DNA of 64,000 nt from Octopus vulgaris. Lineage: Eukaryota. Location of the stretch: assembly GCA_951406725.2 (NCBI GenBank), contig OX597827.1, positions 43,090,001-43,154,000 of the forward strand. The letters run 5' to 3'. The notes under the pieces were generated by a model. It was not told where the DNA came from, did no database searches, and was given only the letters and a program-made list of their open reading frames with translations. Positions 24,351 to 37,174 of this stretch are shown piece after piece; the first letter of the stretch is position 1; every line of letters starts with the position of its first letter. A program made the position numbers and the translations under genes.

Positions 24351-24744
24351 AGGCTAGTAGGATACAGTGAGACCAAGAACCTTCTCAAATGATTCCTAAA
24401 ACCAGTAACCCTAAGTTTAAACTGGCCATATTTGGCCCAGATATTCTATCCGTTTTATGTTCAAACTGACTAGATCTAACCTCTCATACCTACCCTACTC
24501 TGTCATTCTAAAAATAAACAATCGCATCGCTGAAACCTCAAAAGCTATGAAATAGTGCATGATTAACACATTAACTGCCATGCAGACCTCTGGTGGATCA
24601 TCGCAGACTTCACACAACAGCCATATGTATCTCCAGTGGTTTGTTTGTTTGTTTGTTGGCATCCTTTTGTCTTGGGAGACAATGGAGTTGCACATTAACT
24701 AATCCAGTCTGGTTTTTACATTTCATGTCCTCTCCAGTTTTGCA

Positions 24745-25075
24745 CAGGCCTGTGCTAGCTGTTAGAAAATCCTGGGTAGCTCAATCGTCAGGATTTCTCT
24801 CTCGACCTTGCTGACATAGTCCAAAGGAGTGCAGAGCATTACGTTTGGCAACAGCTTGGTTACAGGAGCTGCTAGAAGAGCGCCGAGTCGAACACTAAAC
24901 CACCTACGGGGCTTCACTCCGGATTTCTTTGAAGGTTGTCTCCTTTCCGTAACCCTGGATAGGGGCCCATACTGAGTACTGTCAGCCGGAGCCAGCTGAG
25001 CCCCGGTTCTCGTGTCGGGCTGGGTTGTCACTCTCTGAAGTAGTGAAGAAAATCGCTACCCACTACCTAACCTCC
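24745..25075 (-). mobile_element. GC/CpG-rich insert resembling the 5' UTR of an RTE-clade retrotransposon
   Basis: Minus strand reads gcagctcctgtaaccaagctgttgccaaacgtaatgctctgcactcctttggac...gagagagaaatcctgacg, with several hairpins. The resemblance is from memory and not verified. Confidence 0.4.
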
Positions 25076-25900
25076 AGTGGTACATTTTCTTAATTTGAGG
25101 AAATATGCTTTTCTGTATTTTTGACCTGGTTTTGAGGATATTTAAATAACATAAGTGCTAAACATTAAAACTTAATTATGAAATATTTTAAAAATGCATA
25201 AGAATTACATTTTTTTGTAATTAAATAGTATGCAGTGTGATCAGAAATATGTGGCATCACTGGTAAGTTCCAGTAACGAATAGGTGTTCCATTTGACAGA
25301 ATCGTCTGAATGATAAAAGGTTAAAGGCTGTTCTTGTTGGAATAGTGGAATTAAAACCAAAGTCTATATCTGTAGCTCTTAGAATTAGGACTGGAGATGG
25401 AACTATGCACACTATAAGCATTACAGGTCGCCAACATCTGCATGTACCTAAGAAGACCTGCAGCTATTACAAAGATTGGAGATGAGATACCTAAAGCTGA
25501 AGAAGGGGTGACATAGGTGTTATTTCTAGCAGGTCAAACCAGTCCTATGATAATTGGAGTACTCTCCAAGGACCCGGGGAGTGTAAGCTTTGGGACTATT
25601 CTACCTCTTGGTTTCCAAGCAATGTATCAAAACTAAATCATCCAAGGTATCCTTGCTTTTTAAGGTTTTGGGGGTGTGAATTGAGGGAAATTTGCCTGTT
25701 GTTTCTTGCAGGTTGTTTGACAATGTGCAGGCTCTTTCTTGGGTGTTGTTAATGGTGTCTATAGCCCCAAAGTACCCAAGTAACTCTTGACTGAGCAGAC
25801 CTATGGTCAAAGATACCCCATACCCTTGCTGACCCTGTCTTATTTTCTGTCATAGTCTGTCTAGGATTACATTTTCTAATCTGTCATTGTGGACATTATT

Positions 25901-26320
25901 TAATGACCATTGTCCATGCTGGCTTCAGTTAGACGGTTTGACCAGGCCTGCACCAGACTCCAGTCCGAATTGGCATGGTTTCTACAGCTGCATGCCCTTC
26001 CTAACGCATGTAAAAAGCACCTTTCGACTGCTGGGCCTCACAGAGGCAATGACAAATGACCGAGACCTTTGACAATATGCAGTGCTTGAGAAGGAAGATC
26101 CATCAAACCAATCGTAGTTGTGGCAGATACTGGTGTCAAGCAACTGGTATGTAAAAGCACCCATTACACTCTTGGAGTGGTTGGCATTAGGATGGGCATC
26201 CAGCTGTAGAAACCATGCCTATTTGGACTGGAGTCTGGTGCAGCCCTGGTCAAACTGTCCAACTCATGCCAGCATGGACAATGGACATTACTTGATGATG
26301 ATGATGATGATGATGGTGAT
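25901..26320. mobile_element. SINE family D fold-back (inverted 3' end plus forward copy)
   Basis: 25901-26007 is the reverse complement of 26184-26290. The forward copy ends in (GAT)n. Confidence 0.8.
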
Positions 26321-26457
26321 GGTGATGATGGTGTGTGTGTGCGTGTGTGTGTGTTTGTGCCTTTGTTTGTGAAACTCATCCCACTTCTTGATGACCCATG
26401 TCAGTTTATTTATGCCCCTATAACACGCATACGCACACATATTTGCAAAGTGGTATA

Positions 26458-26498
<41 letters not shown>

Positions 26499-26971
26499 TG
26501 CGTGTTTGCGTGAAGTGACTGAGTGACGGGGGGGTGGGGGGAAACAAAAACTGATTTGCTGAATTAAGCAACTCTGCCATCTCACCACTAAACACACATA
26601 TATATAGGTGAATGTCCTTCAACGACACACACACACATACATACACACACATATATGTATGTATTTAATATATATGTGTGTGTGTGAGGCTTAGAAATAG
26701 TTCTGTCTATTATTTAGTTATCTGGTTCCACTGACATGGTTTCTGACTAGCTGGCAGGTTGGCCAGTTGGCTGGTTGACTGGTTGGCTGGTCGGCTGGTT
26801 GGCTGGTTGGCTGGTTGGTTGGCTGGCTGGTCGGCTGGTCGGCTGGTTGGTCGGTTGGTTGGTTGGTTGGTTGTATTCCACTAGTTATATTTGACATTTC
26901 TATGCCTGTGTGTATACAAACATAGTTCTAAAGTGTGTACATATAAGTACAAGTGTGTATGTGTGTATATA

Positions 26972-27042
<71 letters not shown>

Positions 27043-27266
27043 GTTGTTCCGTCAATCAGCTGATCGTCCTCACCTGAAAACAATTTTAGTGAAAGAAGCA
27101 ACAACACCAAGAGAAAGAGAGAGAAGTGTGGTGGTGGTGGTGGTGGTGGTGGTGGTGGTAGTGGTAGTGGTGGCGGCAGTGGCGGTGTTGCTGCTGCTGC
27201 AATCTTTAGTGCTAATTAGTGCTATGGTTGTTAATGATATTAGCAGAATTTGTAGTGTACCCATTG

Positions 27267-27299
<33 letters not shown>

Positions 27300-27584
27300 A
27301 TATCATCATCATCATCATCAGCATAGCATCATCATCATCCTTCTAACATCTGGTTTTCCTTGCCTGCATGGCTCGGAGGGGAATTTGTTGAGGTGGATTT
27401 TTTTCTATTTCTTTTATTTTTTTCTTTATGGCCAGCTGCCTTTCTGTCACTCATCCTGTCTTGTTTCCAAGCAAGGTAATATTTCTCCATGGCCACACAT
27501 GCTTTTGAAGAATACTGAAAAAAGAACTACGCTGGTTTTCAAGCTGATGTTGGGGCAAACACAAAGACACACACACACACATGT

Positions 27585-27624
<40 letters not shown>

Positions 27625-27779
27625 CACAGGCTTTAAGTTTGCTCACAATGTATTTAACAGAAAATTTTTGTCCAAGGTGCTGCACTGTGGGAGTGAACCT
27701 GAAACCACATGGATCCAAAGCAAGCTTCTCAATTGCACAGCCATGTTGGAACATACTATATTATATATATATATATATA

Positions 27780-28108
27780 TCATCATCATCATCATCATCA
27801 TTTAACGTCCGCTTTCCATGCTAGCATGGGTTGGACGGTTCAACTGGGGTCTGAGGAGCCCGAAGGCTGCACCAGGCCAGTCAGATCTGGCAGTGTTTCT
27901 ACAGCTGGATGCCCTTCCTAATGCCAACCACTCCGAGAGTGTAGTGGGTGATTTTATGTGCCACCAACACAGGTGCCAGACGAGGCTGGCGAACGGCCAG
28001 GCTCGGATGGTGTTTTTTTTTTTATGTGCCACCGACACAGTGCCAGACGAGGCTGGCAGACGGCCACACTCGGATGGTGTTTTTATGTGCCACCGACACA
28101 GGTGCCAG
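27780..28108 (-). mobile_element. SINE family D with (GAT)n tail and internal repeats
   Basis: catcatcatttaacgtccgctttccatgctagcatgggttggacgg... followed by three atgtgccaccgacacaggtgccagacgagg-type units. Confidence 0.85.
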
Positions 28109-28144
28109 GAATACCAAAAATGGGACAAGAATGCAAATGGATGT

Positions 28145-28433
28145 TAAACTGGCTCATAGGGGATGGTTTCCCAGTTTCCTTGGCATATAGGTTCCCCACC
28201 TGGATGGGACGCCGGCCCATCGCAGGAGAGCTGCAAGATGCAGGAAGAAAGAGTGAGAGAAAGTTGTGGCGAAAGAGTCAGCAGAAGTTCGCCGTTACCT
28301 TCTGCCGGAGCCACGTGGAGCTTAGGTGTTTCGCTCATAAACACTCACATCGCCCGGTTGGTCTGAGATTCGAACCCGTGATCCCTGGACCGCGAGCCAG
28401 TCCGCTGCTCTAACCACTAGGCCATGTGCCTCC
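28145..28433 (-). mobile_element. tRNA-derived SINE with a family C-type head and a different body
   Basis: Reverse complement of ggaggcacatggcctagtggttagagcagcggac...ggttcgaatctcagac, homologous to 4852-5040. Confidence 0.8.
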
Positions 28434-28459
28434 ACGTGGATATGTATGTACATACATAA

Positions 28460-28793
28460 TAATCTCTGAGTAGAACAGAATGGGGGTAACACAGTGTCTA
28501 TCTCAGGTTTGTTTTGTTTGACTTTTGCCAACTTGACAAGAATGTGTTTCCAGTTGTAGAAAACAATGAAGATGAAACAATTTCAGTGAACAACCAAGAC
28601 TAGACACTGGTTGACAGGTTGGCATAAACCAGCCGAAACTAGTCTGTTTGAGCTGTTCTCTTGTCTGCTCTGTAGAGAGATCCGCATGTTTTTATAACAA
28701 CATCTATTGACACAGTGGAGCAGAATGTTTGCTTATTAAATTACTAAGTACATTTTAAGTAAACTTATCCACAAGTTATCTGCATAGAAATAT
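28460..28793 (+). mobile_element. Probable Penelope-like terminal repeat with variant hammerhead fold (28601-28650)
   Basis: TAGACA-CTGGTTGA-ca-GGTTGG(cataaa)CCAGCC-GAAAC-TA-GTC^TGTTTG. The segment ends at a (TA)n tract. Confidence 0.5.
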
Positions 28794-28899
28794 TATATAT
28801 ATATATATATATATATGCATACACACATGTACACGTATTTGCACACGTATAATATATACACTTACATCTTACACATGTATACATATACTTATATATACA

Positions 28900-28941
<42 letters not shown>

Positions 28942-29135
28942 AGTACTCATATATTGTTTCTCTTTCTCTCTTTCTCTGGAAGTATATACACACACACACA
29001 TATATGTGTGTGTGTGTATATATATACATATATGAATATGTGTGTGTGTGTATAATCCTGTTTCTTAAGCTTTTATCTTTTACATATCTCTCCTTGGACT
29101 GTGGCCATGCTGGTGCACTGCCTTGGAGAATTTAT

Positions 29136-29750
29136 GCTGTGCTTGAGAAGACTTGGCAAGCCAAGTGAGATCATAACCCGTGGCCTATGCCAGTTGTGTA
29201 ACCAGCCCACTTAGGCGTACCTTTCTTTCATTGGACACTAAACTCTGCTTGTGAAGACCTGTTGAGGCAAATGAAATCGAAATCAATTTAGTGGACCGCT
29301 AAGAGCACCATCTCAGTATGATCGTTGCCAGGGCTACTGACTGGCACCCATGCCGGTGGCACATAAAAAGCACCATTCGAGCGTGATCATTATGAGCATC
29401 GCCTTACTGGCACTTATGCCGGTGGTATGTGAAAACCAACGTTTGAGCAAGTGCATTGCCAGTGCCGCTGGACTAGCTCCTGTGCAGGTGACATGTAAAA
29501 ACACAATTTGAGCGTGGCTGTTGCTAGTACCAACTGAATGGTCCTCGTGCCGGTGGCACATAAAAGCACCCACTACACTCTCGTAGTTGTTGGCGTTAAG
29601 AAGGGCATCCAGCTGTAGAAACTCTGCCAGATCAGATTGGAGCCTGGTGTAGCCATCTGGCTCACCAGTCCCCAGTCAAACCGTCCAACCCATGCCAGCA
29701 TGGAAAGCGGACGTTAAACGATGATGATGACGATGATGATGATGATGATG
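29136..29750 (+). mobile_element. SINE family D, long form with ~4 internal repeats
   Basis: Collinear with 55611-56188. Tail is cccatgccagcatggaaagcggacgttaaac(gat)n. Confidence 0.85.
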
Positions 29751-30243
29751 GTGTGTGTGTGTGTGCATGTGCATGCATGTGTGTGCATATCATATGATGT
29801 GATTTGAGGGATATCCGGCTGCCATTTCTAGCAAGTCGAATGGCTGCCCTTCCCTCATTGACTGGTGTTTCACAATGATAATGTTGGTATTTGCTTTAAA
29901 GGTGTGTGTTAATAGCTGCAATGACCATGGTGCGATTTGATAAACTTGTTGCTGGTGGTGGTGGTGGCAGTGGCGATGATGGCAGCTAAAGCCGCTGCTT
30001 CTGAGCCCTAGGTCATGTCGGGTCAGGTCAAATCAAATCAGGTCAGTGCTGATAAAGTAGGCCTATGATTAAAGGTTGTTCTAGCAGTGACCTGGCCAGG
30101 CCAGACCAGACCAGACCAAGTTTCTTCTTTATTTCCTCAGTGGAGAGTTTATTTCTGATGTTCATTATCCAGTTTTTACCTCCTTTTTACAACAAGACAA
30201 TCCGTAGCGTGCGTGTGTGTGTATGTGTGCATGCGTACATGCT

Positions 30244-30274
<31 letters not shown>

Positions 30275-33200
30275 GATTTGGCAGTCATTCAGCTGCTATT
30301 TCCAGCTGCCCTGAGCAACCATATAAGAGCTGCCTGCCCTGTTAGCTTATGTGGGGGAGTTGGTGGTTGTGATGCTGGTGATGGTGATGGTGATAATGGT
30401 GACAGTGATAGTGGTGGTGGTGTTTGCAGTAGTAGTAGTAGTAGTAGCTGTAGGTGTGTAAGGTATGGTTGTCGGCTTTGATGGATGTTGTGGCAATGTG
30501 GTGTGTATGTAGGAGTTTTTAGTTATGGGATAAATGTTATACAAAGCAAGCAACAGTTTGTGGTGGTGGTGGTGGTGGTGGTGGTGGCAGTGGTGGTGAT
30601 ATTGCATGTAGTACAGATGATAGCCAGGGTGGGGGTGGGGGGCTGCAGCATTGGTAGAGGTGGTAATGGTTGCAGTGTTATTGTCATTAAAGAGGTAATA
30701 GATTTTATATAGCGTGTAAGTGGTAGTGGTGGTTATGGTGGTGGTGGTGATAGAGCTGATGATGATGTTGTGGTGGTGGTGGTGGTAGTGGTTGTGGTAG
30801 TGGTAGTGGTTGTAATGATGGTGGTGATGGTGGTGGTGTTGATAGGGCTGATGATGATGTTGGTAGTGGTGGCCATAACGGTGGTTGTGGTGGTTGTGAT
30901 AGGGCTGATGATGATGTTGTGGTGGTTGTGATAGGGCTGATGATGATGTTGTGGTGGTGGTAGTGGTTACGATGATGGGGGTTTTGGTGGTGATGGTGGT
31001 GGTGTTGATAGGGCTGATGATGATGTTGGTAGTGGTGGTAGTGGTTGTGGAAGTGGTGGTGATGATGGTGGTTGTGATGGTAGTGGTGATGGTAGTGGTG
31101 AAGAGGATGTTATTGTTGTTGGTGGTGATGATGGTTGTGGTGGCGGTTGCGTATTTGGTGGTGTTATTACTACATCACTAAGTTTGTGCATATATGCATA
31201 CGTGCATGCATTTGTGTATTGGAGGAACATACATATAGAAGGCGTTTCATCTTTAGCATGTGCATGTGCGCATTTTGTGATCTATGTATTTCAGAAAACC
31301 CTCTATAATGTGTTTCCATGTTTAACGCTCATTTACACGTGTTTGCTGTGATTATGGTGCAGCAGCATCATTGCATGCATGCATGCATGCATACTGCATG
31401 TTATTGCAGATAGACAGGCAAGCAGGCTGGCTGTTTCTTAGTGCAATGTCATTCTGTCACGGTGAATAATAACAATGTACTGAGTTACATGCATGCACTG
31501 CGCATGTGCTCGCATAGTCACACACATGCACGCGGTCGTGCACACGTGCACGCACAGGCTCGTAGATATGCACTTGAGCATACACACACACAGGGACTCA
31601 TTGCACTTTCTTTATTTGATATGTGTACACTTACAGAAATACTTAACCTCACACACATACTCACACACAAACGCACACAAACACACACGTGTACACACAT
31701 AAAGATATACACACTCAGGACTCTGCACACTCTTAGTTCTACAATTGCACACTTATAAACACAGTTCAGTCACAGGCACGGAAGCACACGCACACATACA
31801 CTCATGTGCACGCACACGCATTCACACACAGACACACACACACACACTTCAAACTATCATCGTTTCATACTCATAAACACATACGTGTACGTGCGCACAC
31901 TTATAACTGTGAAACACGTTCTACACTTTATCTGTCATGCGCACACGTAAAAACGCATACTTTGCACTGTCTCCTTTGCGTACTCATTGTCTTATTGTGG
32001 TTGAGTATTCCATAGACATTGATGCTGTCATTTTGTAATGGTTGTACGGTCATACATTCATACACACACACACACAATCACATACATCTACACACACACA
32101 CATACATACACATATATACACACGCTTTGTAATGCTTTCATTTTGTACTTACACACTCACATATATGTGTGCATACAGCTGTGAAACATGCATTTTACTC
32201 TACATTCATCACACATGCACACACATGGAGAAAACACACTTAACATTGTCTCCATCTCATACTCATAAATTTATACACTCACACACACATGCAGACAAAT
32301 AAAAACACACACACACACACACACATATAGAGATGCACACACATAAAGAAAACGCACTTAATATTGTCTTTATCTCATACTCATAAATTTACACTCTCAC
32401 ACACACAGATGCGCACACATCAAGAAAACACACTTAATATTGTCTTTACAGATGCCCACCCACACACCCACACACTTGGCACTATCATCGTTATAATCAT
32501 CATTTTCTTCGTCTTATTCCATTTCATTTAATCTTGCTAATGCACATGTGATGTCGTCATCAGCAACACAAAAGCTGTGTGCGACACCAAGATAAGTAGA
32601 GCGAACGTCTTAACAACTTGCTTCCTTGAATGCATTTTCATTTCATACACACACACATACACACCAACGTGTACGTGCGTAGTGCATGTGTGTGCATGCA
32701 TGAATTTACAGAAATAAATGGATCTTGTATTCTTTTCCGCAACATGCGTTACATTTGTTCGATCGACGGATCTACTTACTCGTGTTATTGCAAATAAGTG
32801 ACTGAGTATTCCATAGACATCTATACTCTTGTTTTGTAATGAGTACGTGGTTAAGAGAGTTCGCTTCCCACTCTCAGTTCAGTACCTCTCTCTGCATGAC
32901 ACCTTGGGAAAGTGTGTTCCATATCAGCCATATATTTATGTGTCTGTGTGTCTTTGAGTCTGTGTTTGTTCCCCCCACACACACACACACATACACTGTC
33001 GCTTGACAACCGATGTTGGTGTGTTTATGTCCCCGTAAGTTAGTGGTTCAGCAGAAGAGATTGATAGAATAAGTACTCTTTTTTGTTCTTGTTATTGCTT
33101 CAGTCATTTGACTGTGGCCATGCTGGAGCACCACCTTTAGTCAAGCAAAGTGACCTTAGGAAAAAGAGTAAAAGAGTAAGCATCCATATATAAAGGGAGG

Positions 33201-35139
33201 AACAGTAAGAAGAAAAAGAAAAAGAGAGATAAGAAAAGGGAGATGTGAAGGAGGAGAAGGGGGAAGAAGATGCAGGGTGGGGGGGTGAAGAAAATTAGCA
33301 CAGTTGCTCCAATTACACATGCAGTTGTTGCTAAGGCGACAGTTGTAGCCAGAGAGTTGACCCCAGTGACCAGACTGCTGTCTGACCCATTGCTGTTGTA
33401 GGGAAGCATGAAGGCATGGTGAGTCGGTGAAGATGGTGCTACTGTTGACAATGGTGGTGATGATGATGATGACTACATCAATGACGTCAGTGACTCTCGG
33501 TGATGCTGCTGGTGATGATGGCAATGACGATAGCGATGACCTCGGTGATAAAAATGATGATGATGACAATGATAATACCAATGAGTATACAATGATGATA
33601 TCGATAATGATGTTTCTGACAATGATTGCAGTGTGGATGATACTGATGACAATGACAAAAACAGTGGCAGCAATGGTAGTAATGATGACGGCTGTAGTGG
33701 TTGTGATAGAGGTGATGATGAAGATAACAATTGTGGTGGGGAGGGGAATGATGATGATGATGGTGGTGGTGGTGATAATGAGGATAACAGCAATGGTGGT
33801 AGTGATGATGATAACACTAATGATGGTGGTGGTGGTGGTGGCAATGATGATGATGATGATGCTACCATTGTCGCCACAGCTGCCAATGATGGTGAGGATG
33901 ATAAGGATGACAAGTAAAAATGGTTAAGGGACTTTAATTCAGAGTTCTCTGACCAATTACCGTGTTTGGCTGGTCATGTCCGAGCTCTGTCGAAACGTCA
34001 TTCAGTCAGCCTGGGTCTGGGTCAGTTTTGCTTCTGAGTGACACAGGACGGCAAAAGTGCTCGTTCAATGTTTGCAATTGGACTGGTTTGTTAATGCATA
34101 AATAATCAGTCAGTATAAAACGTGGAGGTGGGGGTAGAGGAGAGGGTTTTCTGAATTTTCAGACGATGGGCAAAATCGGGTGCTTCATCTATGAGTAAGT
34201 AAGCCCCACTTAATATTTGCCGATCAGTTACATCCATCCTAGTACTTGACTTGTATTTTATTTTATTGACCTTGGGATGGGGGCGTAACCCTTTAGCATT
34301 TAAACTGACCATAAGTAGCCTAAATATTGTGCCTGTTTTAACTAGCTAGATCTAGCCTCTCAAACCAACCCTACAGAATCATTCAAAAAATTAAAAGTTA
34401 CCTCTTCAAAAATCTCAGAGCTACAAGATATTGCATGATAAACCCTTTCGATACCAACCCGGCTGAAACCCCCGCTGACTCTGTCGAACAAATGTCTTGT
34501 TTTCATAAGTTTTGAATTAAAATCTTCCACCAAACCTTAGTCACAATTTATGTTCCTAACACAATTTATCTGATTGGCTTATTCCATGCTTTATGATTTC
34601 TGGGTCATCACATTTTACCCTATCCTTCTTCATTGTTATTCTTGCATCTTGCATCTGGAACATCTTTCCGAGCAATGATTTTGCACCTGCCAGACAGACA
34701 CTCAAACTTGAGTAAACGAAAATGTAGGAGTACCAATGTTGTTGATCAAACTGCTAGAAATAGCAGTCAAATTTCCTCAAATAACACCCATGACCTTTAT
34801 GCACCGACTTGGTTTTTTTTGGGTGGTGTCAGTCTTATCGTACAACACCCTGGGCAAGTGTCTAAAGGCCAACCACTGACTTGCGAGTGAATTTGGTAGA
34901 TGGAAACAGTGTGGAAGCCCATCGTATGTGTGTGTGTCTTTGTGTTTCTCTACCTCCTCCAGCAAAAGAGACTGATTGAGTAGGTATCAGGCATAGAAAG
35001 TAGCTACTGGGGTCAGTTTGTTTGACCAAACCTTTCTAGGCAGTGTTCCAGCGTGGCTGCAGTCCGGTGACTAAGGGATGGGAATGGTTATGGTTGGAAA
35101 CACATCTGCTCATAAGTCTGTACAATCCACTGGCAAGAT

Positions 35140-35480
35140 TACAGGTAAAGACCCCTCTTCAGTCATGAGTGACCATGGGATTGCACCTAGAAAGTTACCC
35201 TTCAAGGCACAAGTCTGGGCAAGGTTCTTTTGTGGAAGACCAGCAGTTGCCCATGCATATCAGTATCCCTTCTCCATGCCACCAATGTTATCCATGAGAA
35301 AGGCAAAGTCCGATACAGCTTGGCATCAGTGATATCGCAGCTCATTTCCACAGCTGAGTGAACTGGAGCAACGTGTAAAACGGTGTCTTGCTCAAGAACA
35401 CAACACCGAGCCCAGTCCAGGAATCGAACTCACTACCTCATGATTGTGAGCCCGACGCTCTAACCACTGAGCCATGCATC
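35140..35480 (-). mobile_element. CORE-type tRNA SINE
   Basis: Minus strand: gcatggctcagtggttagagcgtcggg...gagttcgattcctggac...gtgttcttgagcaagacac...ttgctccagttcactcagctg. The same core occurs at about 53805-53935, 57220-57358 and 63110-63245. Confidence 0.72.
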
Positions 35481-35862
35481 TTTGTATTCACTCTCAGGCA
35501 ACTTGGGCTAAAATACGACAACCTTAGAACCATGCTTTGTGTATGCACGTGTGTTTGTGTGTATGTGTGTGTGTGTGTGTGTGTGCGTGCCTGTGTGTGT
35601 CTGTGTGTCCCAACGAGGAAATGAAATAGAGAGAGATGGAGGGAGGGAGAGAGAGAGAGAGAGAGAGAGATTGTTATGTAACGATGTTCTGTACAAGCTG
35701 TGCTTTTATCGATAACTAAACACTGACTTTGCATTATTCGTCTTGAAATATGTTTGGTTGCATTCGAAATTAGCGGGAAGTGGGTTGGCAGTAACACAGC
35801 TAGACAAACAGACAGACAGAGATATATGAGGGAATTGAAGAAACACCAACACACACACACAT

Positions 35863-35898
<36 letters not shown>

Positions 35899-35910
35899 GC
35901 ACACATGCAC

Positions 35911-35949
<39 letters not shown>

Positions 35950-37133
35950 TACACACATACATACACTTGTATAGAGAGACAGACAGGGATATGGACAATG
36001 AGGAGAGAGTAGTAGAGAGAAAGGGAGAAGGGAAGAGCGAGAGAGAGAGAGATAGAAAGAAGGTAAGAAAAAAGGATGAGAGAGATGGGGAGGGAGGGCT
36101 GATGTAAAATAAATTGCTCTATGTAACAAACACACTTAAACACGTCCTCCATTTGGCCTGGCTTAATAATCTGAACACGTAGTCCTCTTGTACACCAATC
36201 CTTCTTGCTATTTGTTTATTGTGCACGAACACCACCACCGCTGCCACTGGCTCCATCGCTATTACCATTCTCAAGACTAGCACCATCATCATCATCATCA
36301 TCGTCGTCATCGTCGTCATCACTAACGTCTTCATGAACGCTAACAACACTTAAACCCACATGGCTGGCGTCACCATGTGTGTGTGTGTCTGTGTGTCCCA
36401 ATGAGGAAATGAAATAGAGAGAGATGGATCTCCCACACTTTCAGTAACACCACCACCACCACTACCAACAACAACAACAGCACCATCTCTAAAAACGTTA
36501 CCACCAACAGCGCCACCAACAGCCAATACCATCAACATATTCAGTTTCACCAACAAAATCCTCACTACCACTTATGCGACCGCCAATACCATCACACCAC
36601 TATCAACGTATATGCATGTGTTTACACACATGTTCATGTCCACACACACATACACACATGCACACATACACAGACAGATAGACTGACTGGTTACCATTAT
36701 GATGGTAGGCACCTTTGGTACTCGTCTCATAGATATTCTAATCCATTTTTGTATTCGTTTAACTGTTATTGATTAGATGTGGATCGGCCGCTTAGTATTT
36801 GCATTGCAAATTCAAGTAAACACAATCATGGCCGCATGTGTGATTATGTATGTGTCTAACGATCCTTCTCTCTTCCCCTCCACACTCTCTCTCTCTCTCT
36901 CTACACACACACATACATGCATATATACTATACACATACATGTATAAGGGTTGGCATTAGGAAAGCCATGCCAAAAGAGACATTGGAACTCAACTCAGCC
37001 CTTCTCTGGTTCACTGGATCTTGTCAAACGGTATTACCCCTGCCAGCATGGAAGATAGACATTAAATTATAATGATTGTGATGGTTATGATTTATATATA
37101 TATGTATAGATGTATTTCTCCATTTTCTTATCT

Positions 37134-37174
<41 letters not shown>

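Noticed and set aside
31195-31500. TGCATG cluster as Rbfox splicing enhancers
   Set aside because: More than 10 kb from either exon, and readily explained by CpG decay of alternating purine-pyrimidine repeats.
33427-33927. Met/Val-rich or Asp-rich ORFs (reflectin- or biomineral-like)
   Set aside because: Degenerate (GAT/GGT)n repeat with no reflectin motif; open in multiple frames.
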